A DNA stretch of 64,000 nucleotides. It comes from Microthyrium microscopicum. Lineage: Eukaryota. Made by a program: the position numbers and the translations under genes. The stretch is from contig MU004238.1 of assembly GCA_010405405.1 (NCBI GenBank), positions 1,685,530 to 1,749,529 of the forward strand, written 5' to 3'. The notes under the pieces were generated by a model. That model was not told the origin of the DNA, ran no database searches, and saw nothing but the letters and a program-made list of their open reading frames with translations. The stretch's first letter is position 1; the number at the start of each line of letters is the position of its first letter. This document shows positions 61,720 to 64,000 of this stretch, piece by piece.

Positions 61720-62925
61720 TCACAATTCGAATCCAGCGTTGCTGATGATATCAGTCGGTTCTGCCAGAAATGTTGCAAAGCCGGTATAAAATGCACTACC
61801 TTCGATCTGAATCTTGACACTGTCGTCAGCACCTCGAGCAGTACGATCGTTGTTATTGCAAGCAAGCTTTGCTATAAAGGCGCCGACACCATCATGGGCA
61901 ACGGAGACAAGACTATGATAGGTCCACTTGTTGTCTGGCGGTAAGATACCTTTCGCGTGTGCAAGTGCTCTTCTAGCGGCGACTCCAGAACCGGTAGGAG
62001 ATCTGTCAATCTGTCCACCAGCGAAGAAGCAGAGACACGTATCTCCGCCAGCCGTTTCTTTGGCAGCCTCGCCTTGTTGCTCGTCTGTGATAATCACGCC
62101 GTATAGAAAGCTTAATTCTTGGCTCGCTGGATGTTGGTAAAGCCTCTTGTATTGCGGATTGGCGACAATTGCAGCCTCGAGGCACGCTGCAGCTCGCTGG
62201 TAGACATCGATATTTGAGCTTTTCAGTCCTTCAGCAAAGCCTAGTTCTCGAGCTTCGATCACGCAGTAGAATGCTCCACCGTAGCAAAAGTCGGCCGTGA
62301 CTGCAGTTCTGTTGCCCAGCTCTGGCCACCTATAGGCTGGTGTCAAAGAGATCTCAGTAGCAATTCCTAGTGCATAGGACTCAACGCTGACGAAAGACAC
62401 ATCGCGCTCAGGATCACTCTTCAATTTTTCATTCGTGTCAATGGTAACAGGTACTGTAATGTTTACCACACCGCATGGGCAGTGTAGATTGATGGTCGTC
62501 GTCATAGTACCTGTATCCAGCTTCAAGTCCCGCCGAGGAAACAGCTCTGGGCAGGCATTGGTGTCAAAATCAACCAAGAAGCGGCCTAAAGCGATAGTAG
62601 CATGACCGCACATGGTTGACCATCCCTCGTTATGCATGAACAGCACTCCGACGTCTGCTTCTCCTGTGGAGGTAAATTCCGTGCCATGAATTAATAACGC
62701 CCCATACATAATGCTATGGCCTCGTGGCTCAAGCATCAGCCTTCTCCGTAAATTATCGTACCTGAGTTTTGCATCCGTCATCTTCTGAAGCAGCGTATGT
62801 CCTTGAGGTTGAGGGAAACCAGAGTATATGATGCGTGTGGGCTCGCCAGTCGTATGCATCTCGACAGTGTTGATCGGCTGGCCGTGAACTGACACAAAGT
62901 CGGAAAGAATTGACACGTTTGCCAT
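61720..62925 (-). CDS. Proline racemase family, trans-3-hydroxy-L-proline dehydratase-like
   Basis: MHTTGEPTR, EPRGH, STMCGHA and DRSPTGSG (Cys/Thr active-site pair); probable start MANVSIL at 62925. Confidence 0.85.
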   Translation of the reverse strand: MANVSILSDFVSVHGQPINTVEMHTTGEPTRIIYSGFPQPQGHTLLQKMTDAKLRYDNLRRRLMLEPRGHSIMYGALLIHGTEFTSTGEADVGVLFMHNEGWSTMCGHATIALGRFLVDFDTNACPELFPRRDLKLDTGTMTTTINLHCPCGVVNITVPVTIDTNEKLKSDPERDVSFVSVESYALGIATEISLTPAYRWPELGNRTAVTADFCYGGAFYCVIEARELGFAEGLKSSNIDVYQRAAACLEAAIVANPQYKRLYQHPASQELSFLYGVIITDEQQGEAAKETAGGDTCLCFFAGGQIDRSPTGSGVAARRALAHAKGILPPDNKWTYHSLVSVAHDGVGAFIAKLACNNNDRTARGADDSVKIQIEGSAFYTGFATFLAEPTDIISNAGFEL

Positions 62926-63536
62926 GACTGTTATTGTCCATCCAGAACGGGATGGATAGCGTGGAGTTGAAGAATGGGGATCACTGAATGTCATTGAGAA
63001 GGGGTGCACTGTGCAGATATCAAAGACCGGAATTTGCCGGGGTCTGTTCATCCCATCCCCAAGCAGCAACTTCATCTCCATTTCCCGCTCTGTCACCATT
63101 TTTCTTATCCTTCAAGCAACAGTCCCATCATCCACTGAACGGCGGGTCCTAGTACAGATTGTCCTCCTCCATCGGCACATTTCGCCCCCGTCTGATCACA
63201 ACCATCGGCTCGGCATCCTGCGAGACAAGCGCACGACACGTCTATAACATCACAAGCTAGTTTTTGATAAGGGAACGTGTGGACAGAATCAATGGCGCAC
63301 TCAGCTATTGTAGCTCTGACGTTCAGGTTCCAGCGTATTGAATCAAGAACTGAGAAGTCGGTGCGTTCAAATGGGAAGCAAGCACCGAGTGACACAGCAT
63401 AACGGACGGTAAATATTACCCCAGATGGAACAATACATGATGGCAACGCCTTTTCAAAACTCATCGAGACAATTACAATACGCACTCGGGCGCATGTAAA
63501 CACTATCCTTGCCTTAGGCATCAGTTCTACTGACCT

Positions 63537-64000
63537 TCAGATCGCAATTTCAGTTTCGCCAGCCACTCTCCTGATAACGTTTGCAACAACATCCGGACGA
63601 TCTAAGAATGGGGAATGGTCTGCGCCCTCCAACGTCACGACCTCCATCGCCGGCGTCGTTCCATCCACTTTCTTCTTGCCTAAGATTCTCTCGAATGACT
63701 CTGGAATCATACTCTTATCTTCAGTGGAGAAGATATACGTGGTTGGGATGTGCCTCCAGGCAGCGTAAGTAGTCTTCGTCATAGAAACGCCCATCGCCCA
63801 CGGCTTAAGCAGCTTGCCGACATGTGAAATTACATCTGGCGACTGGCTTCCATAGAAGAACGACACTGCGTCTTCCGGGCTGACTCGCAAATACCCATCT
63901 CCGTCTTTCATAGCCTGCTCGAAGTAGAACTGCGCGACCTTAGGCTCCATAACCTGGTGATCACTCAAGGCTTCACCTTCCTCGAGTAGATTGGCGCCTC
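63537..64000 (-). CDS. Alpha/beta hydrolase (methylesterase-like), 5' end outside window
   Basis: C-terminal AAWRHIPTTYIFSTEDK and ADHSPFLDRP (catalytic Asp/His region). Confidence 0.7.
   Translation of the reverse strand, partial: GANLLEEGEALSDHQVMEPKVAQFYFEQAMKDGDGYLRVSPEDAVSFFYGSQSPDVISHVGKLLKPWAMGVSMTKTTYAAWRHIPTTYIFSTEDKSMIPESFERILGKKKVDGTTPAMEVVTLEGADHSPFLDRPDVVANVIRRVAGETEIAI

Noticed and set aside
56539..64000. MFS, acyl-CoA oxidase, hydroxyproline dehydratase and hydrolase as a second metabolic cluster
   Set aside because: No shared pathway logic, backbone enzyme or common regulatory motif is visible.

Overview
Filamentous ascomycete (Pezizomycotina) genomic DNA, judged from GT-AG introns with CTAAC branch sites and RIP-mutated repeats. 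The left half (1-32.7 kb) is an extracellular hydroxamate siderophore gene cluster. It contains a SidD/NPS6-type NRPS (A-T-C-degenerate A-T-C, running off the left edge), a SidF acyltransferase, a SidI acyl-CoA ligase, a MirB-like MFS transporter and a SitT-like ABCB exporter. It also has two ornithine N5-monooxygenase (SidA-family) genes, one canonical and one intact but with altered cofactor and substrate motifs. All four precursor enzymes end in a PTS1-type tripeptide (ARL or SKL). Two RIP-destroyed transposons, a 9.6 kb Ty3/gypsy element and a 1.35 kb hAT element, each lie between a cluster gene and nearby SreA-type ATCWGATAA boxes. The right half is mostly housekeeping genes: FIG4, EDE1, an Nha1-type antiporter, COG1-like, an MFS transporter, acyl-CoA oxidase, a 3-hydroxyproline dehydratase-like gene and a partial hydrolase. 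It also holds a perfect 213 bp MITE and an RBR E3 ligase with two alternative terminal exons that each complete RING2. Gene identities come from motif recognition by eye; no database searches were run.
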